A stretch of DNA of 64,000 nt from NCBI GenBank assembly GCA_965218795.1, contig OZ244653.1, positions 2,272,001 to 2,336,000 on the forward strand, read 5' to 3'. The DNA is from a bacterium (GTDB lineage Bacteria > UBA8248 > JACPRG01 > G963555815). Position numbers and translations under genes: made by a program. The notes under the pieces were generated by a model. It was not told the DNA's origin and did not search any database. It saw nothing but the letters and a program-made list of their open reading frames with translations. Positions within the stretch are counted from its first letter, which is position 1. Every line of letters starts with the position of its first letter. Positions 1 through 8,343 of the stretch are shown here, piece by piece.

Positions 1-184
1 TCAGTGTGAGTCAGGGCGAACGAATCCTGCCCTGTCCCAAGCGTCACGACTGACCGGTTCATCCCTGGAGACGGCCGAGGGCATGGGGATGGAACATTTT
101 CCGTTCGGAAGGTGCACGCGCTGCTCCTTTCTCGGCGGGGGGTTCGAATTTGATGGGTGAAACGCTCGGGTTGTGGAGAAAACG

Positions 185-1375
185 ATGAAGGGGCCCGGCT
201 GGGGGGCAGAAGCCTTCCCCAAGTTTTCGGAAACCGAATATCAGCGCCGTTTTCAGCTCATCCGCGATCTGATGCGGCGGGAGGGCGTCGAGGCCCTGGT
301 CGTTCATGGTGCGACCGCCATGGGGTCAGCCGTCCATTACCTGAGCCATTACATCCCCGCCCGACCGGCTTGGCTGATCTTCCCTCTCGAAGGTCCATCG
401 ACACTCTTCCTGCACTTCTACAATCACATTGCGTGCACGAAGGCATTATCGATTGTAGAGGACGTCCGGTGCTACCACCCGAATCCGGGGAAGGCGGTCG
501 CGGACAACCTGAAGGAACGGGGACTCGGCTCTGTCCGCATCGGCGTAGTCGGGCTCGGTCATTCGATCCCCCATGGTCAGTTCGAAACGCTGAAGGCCGA
601 GTGTCCGGACGCCGGGTTCGTGGATCTCGCGGGCGCGTACAATCGGATACGGGTCATCCGAAGCGAGGAAGAACTGGATTGGCTCCGGGAAAGCGGGCGA
701 CTGAGCGATCTGACCTGCGAAGCCCTGGAGCGGGAGATTCGCCCCGGGCTGACCGAGTATGACCTGAGCGCCATCATCCACGACGCATTCCTCCCGGAGT
801 CGGGGCTCATGGGGATCCACTTCGTATCGACCACCTCGATGCGGAATCCGGAACGCCCTGTGCCGTGGCAATATCTGACGCCGCGAAAGGTGGAACCAGG
901 CGATGTGGTCATTACCGAAATCACCATCTCATATTGGGGATATGCCACGCAGATTCACCGTCCGTTCGCCGTCTCCGAAGAACCCGCACCCGTTTATCGG
1001 GAACTTTTCGACGTGGCGATGGAGTGCTACGAAGCGGTCCGGGCCATCGTGAAGCCCGGGACGACGAGCGAGGAAATCGTCGACCTGTCGACCCGCATGA
1101 CCGAGGGCAGGGGATATCCCATTCTCGACAGCCTGTTCCATGGAGAGGGCGGACGGAACCCCGAATTGGGGACCCGCAATTCCCATCACGCCTTCGAGCC
1201 GTATACGTTGCGGGAAAACATGGTCGTCGTCGTTCAGCCCAACCCCATGACGGAAGACGGCAAGGCGGGACTCCAGTTGGGCGCGGCCATGATCGTCAAG
1301 CCCACGGGCGGGGAATCGCTCCACCGGTATCCATTTCATTTTCCGGTTTGCGGACGACCCCCGGCAAAAGGATGA
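185..1375 (+). CDS. M24 family (Xaa-Pro peptidase/creatinase-like) hydrolase
   Basis: Creatinase-like N-domain plus pita-bread domain (RVIRSEEELDWLRES, IRPGLTE, GDVVITE, LRENMVVVVQP); ATG 185 follows GGAG. Confidence 0.85.
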   Translation: MKGPGWGAEAFPKFSETEYQRRFQLIRDLMRREGVEALVVHGATAMGSAVHYLSHYIPARPAWLIFPLEGPSTLFLHFYNHIACTKALSIVEDVRCYHPNPGKAVADNLKERGLGSVRIGVVGLGHSIPHGQFETLKAECPDAGFVDLAGAYNRIRVIRSEEELDWLRESGRLSDLTCEALEREIRPGLTEYDLSAIIHDAFLPESGLMGIHFVSTTSMRNPERPVPWQYLTPRKVEPGDVVITEITISYWGYATQIHRPFAVSEEPAPVYRELFDVAMECYEAVRAIVKPGTTSEEIVDLSTRMTEGRGYPILDSLFHGEGGRNPELGTRNSHHAFEPYTLRENMVVVVQPNPMTEDGKAGLQLGAAMIVKPTGGESLHRYPFHFPVCGRPPAKG

Positions 1376-2783
1376 AGAAGGCGGAACCAGGATTTCTCGT
1401 ATCCTGTTTGGCTCATCTGGCCGCGCTTGCCATCATCACCTCATGCGGTCCATCTGGGCGATCCGTCGATTCCCCTCCGCCCTTCCACCCTCCCACCGGA
1501 ATTGCCGCTAAATCCGCACCTCCGAGGCTTCTGCAAGGGCCGATGCTTGGTTTCGTCTCGGACAACGAGGCGAGTGTGTGGGTTCGACTGAACGGTCCAA
1601 ACCCTGTCCGGGTGAGATACGGGCTTTCGGATCCGCTTGATTCTCAACCGGACAAAATCTCCGAAGAAGTCCGGGCGCTCGCCGAGAACGATTACACTGC
1701 GGTGGTCCGTCTCAGACAACTGAAGCCGAGCACGAAATACCGTTACAGAATCCTCCTCCGGAGCGGGAGCCCCGCCCTCGGGAAGCCTTTCTTATTTCGG
1801 ACGTTGCCCCCGGCGGGCAAGGCGGATTCCTTCCGCATCGCTTTCGGCTCGTGCGCATCGGTGGATCTTGACTCCACCCAAAGATTTGGAAGGCCACAGC
1901 CCATTCCGGGCCTATGGCCTTCCTCTGGCTTGGGGACAATATCTACGGCGACTCGTCCAACCTGGCGGTCTTGCGAAAGAAATATCGCCGGCAACGGATG
2001 GTGAAGAGCCTCCTGGGTTTTCAGGCCACCGTCCCTCAACTTGCCATCTGGGACGACCACGACTACGGCCGGAATGACGGCGACCGCCGATTCGATGGAA
2101 AAAGAAATTCCTTGAAGGTCTTCCGGGAATATTGGGCCAATCCGAACTTCGGCCTGCCAACGACTCCAGGTGTCTTTTTTCGGTGGTCCATCGGTAACGT
2201 CGATTTTTTCTTCTTGGACACCCGAACCTATCGCGATCCGAATCTCTACTTGGACGGACCCCGGAAGACGCACCTCGGCGTCGCCCAAAAGTCGTGGTTG
2301 ATGAACGGATTGCAGGAAAGCCGTGCGGTCTTCAAGGTCCTGGTTTCATCCAATACCTGGACCGGGTGGAAAGGCCCGTTTCGGGATTCTTGGGGCTCTT
2401 TCACCAACGAAAGGGATGAGATTTTCAATTTCATTCGCGATGAGGGCATCTCGGGGGTCTTTCTGGTCGCCGGTGACAGCCACCGGCCTCAGATGAACGT
2501 GATTCCTTGGTCCAAGTTCGGAGGATACGACCTCTACGAGGTCATCAGCTCCCCCCTGGCCCAGGGGGTATACCGGGGACGGCTATGGCCGGGCGGATTC
2601 CAGCATGTGCGTCCGCCCAACGCCTTTCGACGCAACTTCGGTCTGATGGAGTTTGACACGCGCGCATCGCCCCCGCGCGTCATCCTTCACCTGATGGATG
2701 ATGAAGGAAAGGACCTCTGGCCCCCATTGAAACTGACGAGCGAGGAACTCACGAAGGGGGTCAAAAGCTGGGACAAAAAATAG
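1372..2783 (+). pseudogene. PhoD-like alkaline phosphatase D lipoprotein, split by a -1 frameshift near 1880 (true lesion or sequencing error)
   Basis: N-part (lipobox ITSC, LLQGPMLG, RIAFGSC) is in the 1372 frame; C-part (FLWLGDNIYGD, WDDHDYG, LDTRTYR, GDSH) is in ORF 1914..2783; one extra A at 1880-1882 restores the frame. Confidence 0.8.
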
Positions 2784-2824
2784 ACGGGGCGCAGGCGGAA
2801 TATCGGGTTGAGACTCGTAAATCT

Positions 2825-3289
2825 CTATTCCCAGAGGGATGAATTCTCCTCACGCGATTCGCGCTCCAGCTCCTCCCCCACTTGATGGGCGGGCCTGCCC
2901 TCCCACATCTCGTTCACCTGATGGGGATCACCCGGCGATTGGGCGCGCAGGAATTCATAGGAAAAGATCCCCGAATCGTGGCCGTCCCCCCAAACGAACT
3001 GGAGGGCATAATGGCCCATAGGATTGGCTTCGCGAATCTCCGCCGAGCCTTCCGTCCGGGGGGCGGCATCCGGCAGAACGCTCAAGCCCATGAATCCCCC
3101 CGGGGGCTGATCCGGAACCGGCGGTTCCCCGGAAAAACGCTGGCGGATATCATTGCAGGTCGCGCACGGGCAGAGCTTCCGGAGATATCCCAGGGGGAAC
3201 CGGCTGATGTGGCCGTCCTTCCATTGGATATAGAGAAGACGGGTCTTGTCGATGCGAATGTCGATGGGTGTCGTCGCGTCGGCGTCCAA
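2825..3289 (-). CDS. DUF971 / gamma-butyrobetaine hydroxylase-like N-terminal domain protein
   Basis: IQWKDGH, LRKLCPCATC, GHYALQFVWGDGHDSGIFSYEFL motifs. Confidence 0.85.
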   Translation of the reverse strand: MDADATTPIDIRIDKTRLLYIQWKDGHISRFPLGYLRKLCPCATCNDIRQRFSGEPPVPDQPPGGFMGLSVLPDAAPRTEGSAEIREANPMGHYALQFVWGDGHDSGIFSYEFLRAQSPGDPHQVNEMWEGRPAHQVGEELERESREENSSLWE

Positions 3290-3319
3290 AGCTGCCGCTC
3301 CTGACCTGATCCGGAATCC

Positions 3320-4951
3320 CTAGGCGGCCTTCGGCCCCGCGGCAATGACTTCCTTGGATGCCTGGTCCGCGTACTGTCTGAAGTTTTCATCGAACCGGTT
3401 GGCCAGATCGCGAGCCGCGGTCTCGTACCCCTTTCGATCCTTCCACATACTGGCCGGATTCAGAACCTTCGCCGGCACGTCCGGACAGGTTTCCGGAATC
3501 GAAACGCCGAAGATCGGGTCGATGGAGTAGCCCGCGTCATCCAACCAGCCGCTCAGTGCAGCGGTCAGCATGGCGCGTGTATGAGCCAGCTTCATGCGCG
3601 GAACGCTCCCGGCGCCGCCGCCGATCCAGCCCGTGTTGACAAGCCAAACCCGAGAGCCGTGTTGCGTCACCCTGTCCTGTAACAGATGCGCGTAGCGCGT
3701 CGGATGGAGCGCCAGGAAGGGGGCCCCGAAACAGGTGCTGAACGTGGCCTGGGGCTCGGTCACGCCCTTTTCAGTCCCCGCCACCTTGGCCGTGTACCCG
3801 GAGAGGAAATAGTACATGGCCTGGTCGATTGTCAGCTTGCTGATCGGCGGGAGGACGCCGAAGGCGTCGCAAGTCAGGAAGATGACGTCCTTCGGATGGC
3901 CGCCCATGCCGGGGATCACGCAATTGTCAATGTACTCGACCGGATACGTCGCCCGGGTGTTCTCGGTGATGCTGTCATCATCGTAATCGATTTCCCGGTT
4001 ATCGGGATCGACCATGACGTTCTCCAGGACCGAGCCGAACCGAATGGCGTCCCAAATCTGCGGCTCCCCTTCCCGGGTCAGCTTAATGGTCTTCGCGTAA
4101 CAGCCGCCCTCGAAATTGAAGATGCCGTCGTCCGTCCAGCCGTGCTCATCGTCGCCGATGAGGCGCCGTTTCGGATCGGCGGAGAGGGTCGTCTTCCCCG
4201 TGCCCGAAAGGCCGAAGAACAGGGCCGTCGAGCCGTCCTCCCCCATATTGGACGAGCAATGCATCGGACAGATGCCCTTCTGGGGAAGGAGGTAGTTCAG
4301 GATCCCGAATATGCCCTTCTTCATCTCGCCTGCATAACGGGTCCCGCCGATGAGGATGACGCGCTGCTCGAAGCTGACGAGGATGAATGTCGGCGTGCGG
4401 GTTCCGTCCGCTTCGGGTTCGGCGTACATCTCACAGGCATCAATGACGGTAAATTCGGGCTTATGCGACTTGAGCTCCTCGAAGGCCGGCCGGATGAAAA
4501 GCGTACGGGCGAAGAGATTGTGCCAAGCCTTTTCGGTAATGACCCGAACACCCATCCGGTGGCGCACATCCGCTCCCACGAATCCGTCAAAGACGAACAG
4601 CTCTTTCTGCTGAAGATAGGCCCGTACCTTCGAGAAGAGACGTTCGAAATTCTCGGGCTCGATGGGCTGGTTGACCGGCCCCCACCAAATGTCTTCCTTC
4701 GTGCTGGGCTCGACCACAGTATACTTGTCCGAGGGCGTGCGCCCCGTAAAAGGGTCCGTTCGGACGACCATTGCCCCGGTCGGCGCCAGATACCCCTCCC
4801 CCCTCGCAACGGCTATCTCGACCAGCCGTGCCGATGGCAGGTTCCAGTTGACCTTGTCGGGATTCGAGATACCGTGGGTCTCCAGGTCATATCCGTTCAG
4901 CGGGGTGTTGAAGGGGTCAGCGTTCGGAACCATGGGTGCGATGTCCTTCAT
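3320..4951 (-). CDS. pckA: phosphoenolpyruvate carboxykinase (ATP)
   Basis: YAGEMKK, MHCS, GLSGTGKTTLS, IGDDEHGW, NFEGGCYAK. Confidence 0.97.
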   Translation of the reverse strand: MKDIAPMVPNADPFNTPLNGYDLETHGISNPDKVNWNLPSARLVEIAVARGEGYLAPTGAMVVRTDPFTGRTPSDKYTVVEPSTKEDIWWGPVNQPIEPENFERLFSKVRAYLQQKELFVFDGFVGADVRHRMGVRVITEKAWHNLFARTLFIRPAFEELKSHKPEFTVIDACEMYAEPEADGTRTPTFILVSFEQRVILIGGTRYAGEMKKGIFGILNYLLPQKGICPMHCSSNMGEDGSTALFFGLSGTGKTTLSADPKRRLIGDDEHGWTDDGIFNFEGGCYAKTIKLTREGEPQIWDAIRFGSVLENVMVDPDNREIDYDDDSITENTRATYPVEYIDNCVIPGMGGHPKDVIFLTCDAFGVLPPISKLTIDQAMYYFLSGYTAKVAGTEKGVTEPQATFSTCFGAPFLALHPTRYAHLLQDRVTQHGSRVWLVNTGWIGGGAGSVPRMKLAHTRAMLTAALSGWLDDAGYSIDPIFGVSIPETCPDVPAKVLNPASMWKDRKGYETAARDLANRFDENFRQYADQASKEVIAAGPKAA

Positions 4952-5126
4952 CAGGCTTTGATTGAAGATGAACAGGTCGACAACGAGGGGTCACGCGACC
5001 CCATCTTATCCCTACAGGGGGACAGCGGGAGCTTTCCTCGGATGAACCGTTCGTTGGGTCGTCCTAATCTTTGCTCGATGGTCTCCAAGGACTCCAGCAC
5101 AATATAGCCCAAAACCCAGGCTCCGG

Positions 5127-5149
5127 AAAATGACGGGGATCACCGTCAT
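5127..5149 (-). terminator. possible intrinsic terminator of the thrC-like/NIL operon
   Basis: ATGACGG-N6-CCGTCAT stem followed by a short T run on the minus strand; a TATATT -10-like hexamer for pckA lies just downstream at 5101-5106. Confidence 0.4.
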
Positions 5150-5423
5150 GGGAAGAGCATGAAGAATGAAGATGTTTGGAGTGCTTCCCTGCGATCGAAT
5201 CATCACGATGAACACCAGCCACTCTCCCTTTCTTGCCGCTTCCGAAGAGCTGGTGAATCACCTGATATCCCTGATCTCTTCTGAAATCCCGATAGAAAAA
5301 GGGTGAGGGTCGGCGGGGGTCGGAAGCACGGGCTCATGAACTCAGGATTTCAAAGGCATTGAGTCATGCTCTTAACCAGAAGGCAGGATACGAATGATCC
5401 GACCCGCCCGGAAGGATATCAGG

Positions 5424-5666
5424 TCAGCTGGAAATCACATCTCCTTCAACCGGCCCGACTGTGATGCCCCTGGCTTCGAAGGCTTCAACGGCCTTTTGCA
5501 GGTTTTCCTCATCCCCCGACATTTCCAGGTGAACCCAGCCGAAGTCCTCCGTCACATTGGCTGCGCGAACGCTCCAGAGGATGTCATAGGCATTGCCGAC
5601 CTCATAGATGTGAGGGCGTTTCAAGGTCATTCCAGGAAATGCCAATCGAACGCGTAACGTCGCCAT
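5424..5666 (-). CDS. stand-alone NIL domain protein (divergent copy)
   Basis: 80 aa ACT-like pattern: RLAFP...PHIYEV...RAANVTEDFGWVHLEMSG...GITVGPVEGDVI. Confidence 0.8.
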   Translation of the reverse strand: MATLRVRLAFPGMTLKRPHIYEVGNAYDILWSVRAANVTEDFGWVHLEMSGDEENLQKAVEAFEARGITVGPVEGDVISS

Positions 5667-5748
5667 CTGGCCATACCCCTCAGAGGTTGGGCGAATCCGA
5701 GCTATCCAACCTTCTCCTGCCGTATTCCTGCCTTGGCTGCACCCGAGA

Positions 5749-6009
5749 TTAAGGCGGCAGGTCCTCTGGATTCGTAGGCTCCGGCTGGACTCCTCTTTCC
5801 CTCAGATATTCGATGGCTTCCCGGAGTGCGGTCTCCGAGCCTTCGAGCTCCAGGACGACCCAGCCCTCCTCCGCCTGAATATCCGGCCGATATTGCACGT
5901 CGGCCCGGAAAATGTTGGTGATGACCTCGCAGGACCGGCCCAGTTCGCAGATGATCGGTTCTTTGACGGCCTCTCCCTTGAAATGCGCGGTGACGAACTG
6001 TTTGGGCAT
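5749..6009 (-). CDS. stand-alone NIL domain protein
   Basis: KEPIICELG, VITNIFRADV, GWVVLELEG, AIEYLRERGVQPEP. Confidence 0.85.
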   Translation of the reverse strand: MPKQFVTAHFKGEAVKEPIICELGRSCEVITNIFRADVQYRPDIQAEEGWVVLELEGSETALREAIEYLRERGVQPEPTNPEDLPP

Positions 6010-6033
6010 TCTGATTCAATCCTTCCGGTTTCC

Positions 6034-6465
6034 TTAACAGGCCGCCAACCGATGCTCCTCCAGCGACCATGCCGTGACATCGTATTTCTTTGCGCTGGAC
6101 GATTTCCCGTCCACCGCGACAATCACGTAAATGTAGCCCGGCCAACCGCCGAAGAGGGTCAGATCCGTTGTCGAAGGCCGCGAGGGATGATCCGGGTGGG
6201 AGTGGTAATAGCCAACGATTTCCTGGCTGGTTCCGGTGAGAGATTTCTCAAGCTGCAGATAGGCCAGGGGATGAATCTCGTACCGGTCCCGTGCACGCTC
6301 CTGGTCGATGTTCTCCGCGGGCACGGCCTCCTCAATACGGATCCGTCTGGATTCTCCCTTTTGCTGGACGCGACCGACAAGAAAACCGCAACACTCGCGT
6401 GGATAGTCCCGGCCGGCGTGACGCTTCATAACCCGAAGGGATCGGGGGGAGGTATCGATCTTCAT
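6034..6465 (-). CDS. M67 family JAB/JAMM metallopeptidase (Mec-like)
   Basis: YPRECCGFL and YHSHPDHPSRPSTTD JAMM motif; ATG at 6465. Confidence 0.92.
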   Translation of the reverse strand: MKIDTSPRSLRVMKRHAGRDYPRECCGFLVGRVQQKGESRRIRIEEAVPAENIDQERARDRYEIHPLAYLQLEKSLTGTSQEIVGYYHSHPDHPSRPSTTDLTLFGGWPGYIYVIVAVDGKSSSAKKYDVTAWSLEEHRLAAC

Positions 6466-6520
6466 GGAGAAAGCCCGAGAAAACCGGAGGGTCCGAGTCG
6501 CTGCCAAACCAAACGGAACG

Positions 6521-6808
6521 TCACAGCACTCCAAGACCGCCCGCGATCGCAGGAATGATGGAAACCTCGTCTCCGTCCTTCAGAGTCGTCTTGGCGCCTT
6601 CAAGGAAGCGAATATCTTCATCATTCACATAGACATTGATGAATCGGCGGATTTCCCCGGCCTCGTCATACAACCGCTCTTTCAGGCCCGGAAATCGCAC
6701 GCTCATGTCCGCAAAGATTTCGTCCACATTGCTCCCCTGCACTTCAACTTCGCCTTCGTTCTTCGTGATCTTTTGCAGGGCCGTTGGGACCCGTACCTTG
6801 ATGGGCAT
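6521..6808 (-). CDS. MoaD/ThiS/CysO family ubiquitin-like sulfur carrier with C-terminal extension
   Basis: VRVPTALQ, FINVYVNDEDIRFL, GDEVSIIPAIAGG then LGVL. Confidence 0.93.
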   Translation of the reverse strand: MPIKVRVPTALQKITKNEGEVEVQGSNVDEIFADMSVRFPGLKERLYDEAGEIRRFINVYVNDEDIRFLEGAKTTLKDGDEVSIIPAIAGGLGVL

Positions 6809-6813
6809 TGCGG

Positions 6814-8055
6814 TTACGCCTCCTTCAACTGTTCAGCAAACATCTCCTGAAATGAACTGAACTTGGAGTCAATCCGAAGCGGCGAGGGAACACTGTCCTG
6901 GATGGCCTCTTGGGTCTTCAGACCATTTCCGGTCACGCAAATCACCGTCGCGTCGTCCGGCTTGATTCTCCCTTGCTCTACAAGCTTCTTGGTCACACCG
7001 ACTGTCACCCCGCCGGCAGTCTCCGTAAAAATTCCTTCTGTTTCGGCCAACAGGTGCATGGCCGAAACGATCTCTTCGTCCGACACGTCTTCACCGCCGC
7101 CTTCGCTTTCTCTGCACACCTTGATGCCGTAGTATCCGTCCGCCGGGTTGCCAATGGCGATGGACTTGGCGATGGTGTCAGGCCGCTGGGGCTTGAAGTG
7201 ATCCCAGCCGTTCTTGACGGCCGTCGTCACAGGCGAGCAGCCTGTAGCCTGGGCCGCGTACACGCGAGTCGTGATCTCATCGATCAAGCCAAGGTCCCTG
7301 AACTCATGAAACGCCTTCCAGATCTTCGTGATCAAGGAGCTGCCGGCCACGGGAACAATGATGTGATCCGGAGTGCGCCATCCGAGCTGCTCCATCACCT
7401 CATAACCGTAGGATTTGGACCCGTCGCCGTAGAACGGACGGATGTTGATGTTGACGAAGGCCCACGGGTAGCTGCTCGCAATCTCCGCGCAGAGGCGGTT
7501 GACGTCGTCATAGACCCCGTCCACACCGACAAGTGTGGGCCCATACACAAGGGTCCCGATGATCTTGCCCATCTCCAGATCGGCCGGAATGAAGATGACG
7601 CTCTTGAGACCGGCCGACGCCGCATGGGCGGCGACGGAATTTGCAAGATTTCCCGTCGAAGCGCAGGAAAGCGTGTCGAATCCGAACTCCATGGCCTTGT
7701 TGGCCGCCACGGCGACAACGCGATCTTTGAAGGACAAGGACGGACAGCAGACGCTGTCATTTTTCACGAACAGATTGTTCAGCCCGAGCTCCGACCCCAG
7801 GCGTTCCGCCCGGATCAGCGGAGTCATACCGACCTCGAGGCCTACGGTGGGTTCGCCGTCGATCGGCATGAGGTCGCGATACCGCCAGATGCTCTGCGGC
7901 CCCTCCTGAATGGATTCCCGCGAGATCTGTTTGCCGATGGCCTCGTAATCATAAACAATCTCGAGGGGCCCAAAGCAAAAATCACAGACGTGAGTCGGCT
8001 CTTTGGGATATTTCTTCCCACATTCCTTGCATCTCAGTCCCTGGACGAATCCCAC
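6814..8055 (-). CDS. thrC: threonine synthase-like PLP enzyme (MoaD-linked subfamily)
   Basis: N-terminal CKEC/CDFC ribbon, SFKDR PLP lysine, CASTGNLA, TIAKSIAIGNPADG, VTGNGLK. Confidence 0.88.
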   Translation of the reverse strand: MGFVQGLRCKECGKKYPKEPTHVCDFCFGPLEIVYDYEAIGKQISRESIQEGPQSIWRYRDLMPIDGEPTVGLEVGMTPLIRAERLGSELGLNNLFVKNDSVCCPSLSFKDRVVAVAANKAMEFGFDTLSCASTGNLANSVAAHAASAGLKSVIFIPADLEMGKIIGTLVYGPTLVGVDGVYDDVNRLCAEIASSYPWAFVNINIRPFYGDGSKSYGYEVMEQLGWRTPDHIIVPVAGSSLITKIWKAFHEFRDLGLIDEITTRVYAAQATGCSPVTTAVKNGWDHFKPQRPDTIAKSIAIGNPADGYYGIKVCRESEGGGEDVSDEEIVSAMHLLAETEGIFTETAGGVTVGVTKKLVEQGRIKPDDATVICVTGNGLKTQEAIQDSVPSPLRIDSKFSSFQEMFAEQLKEA

Positions 8056-8343
8056 GACTCGGTCTCTTTCTCTCAGCGACCCGGGATCAACCCCAAAGAG
8101 TCGCGCAAACTGATACCCTCAGCTTCAATAGACATAGAGCGAAAGTCTACTTTAATTTCCTTATTTTAAGCCATTGAGCATCCGAGGCAACCGAATTCTC
8201 GGATATCCCTAAGACCCAGCTCCCGTAACCGTTCGATCAAGTGGTATGATTCGGAGATAATATATCGATTCAAATGGGCGCATCAGCTCCCTTCTTCTTG
8301 GTTTGACAGGTTCTTGAGCCACATCACGCCGACTTTATAAGGA

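Noticed and set aside
3686-5107. 473-aa plus-strand ORF and other long antisense ORFs (e.g. 6910..8169, 35779..36975, 50301..51554)
   Set aside because: They lie opposite well-conserved genes, have no recognisable motifs, and are typical shadow ORFs of GC-rich codon usage
5012-5261. Short ORFs upstream of pckA (65-67 aa)
   Set aside because: No recognisable family, and they run across a terminator-like hairpin and a promoter-like -10
6480-6523. Possible selenocysteine read-through of the sulfur-carrier TGA
   Set aside because: No SECIS-like hairpin visible after the TGA, and the read-through frame is not protein-like
8056-8343. TPP or SAM riboswitch between the thrC-like gene and thiD
   Set aside because: Isolated GCTGAGA and GGCAACC words are present, but the other conserved aptamer segments are missing
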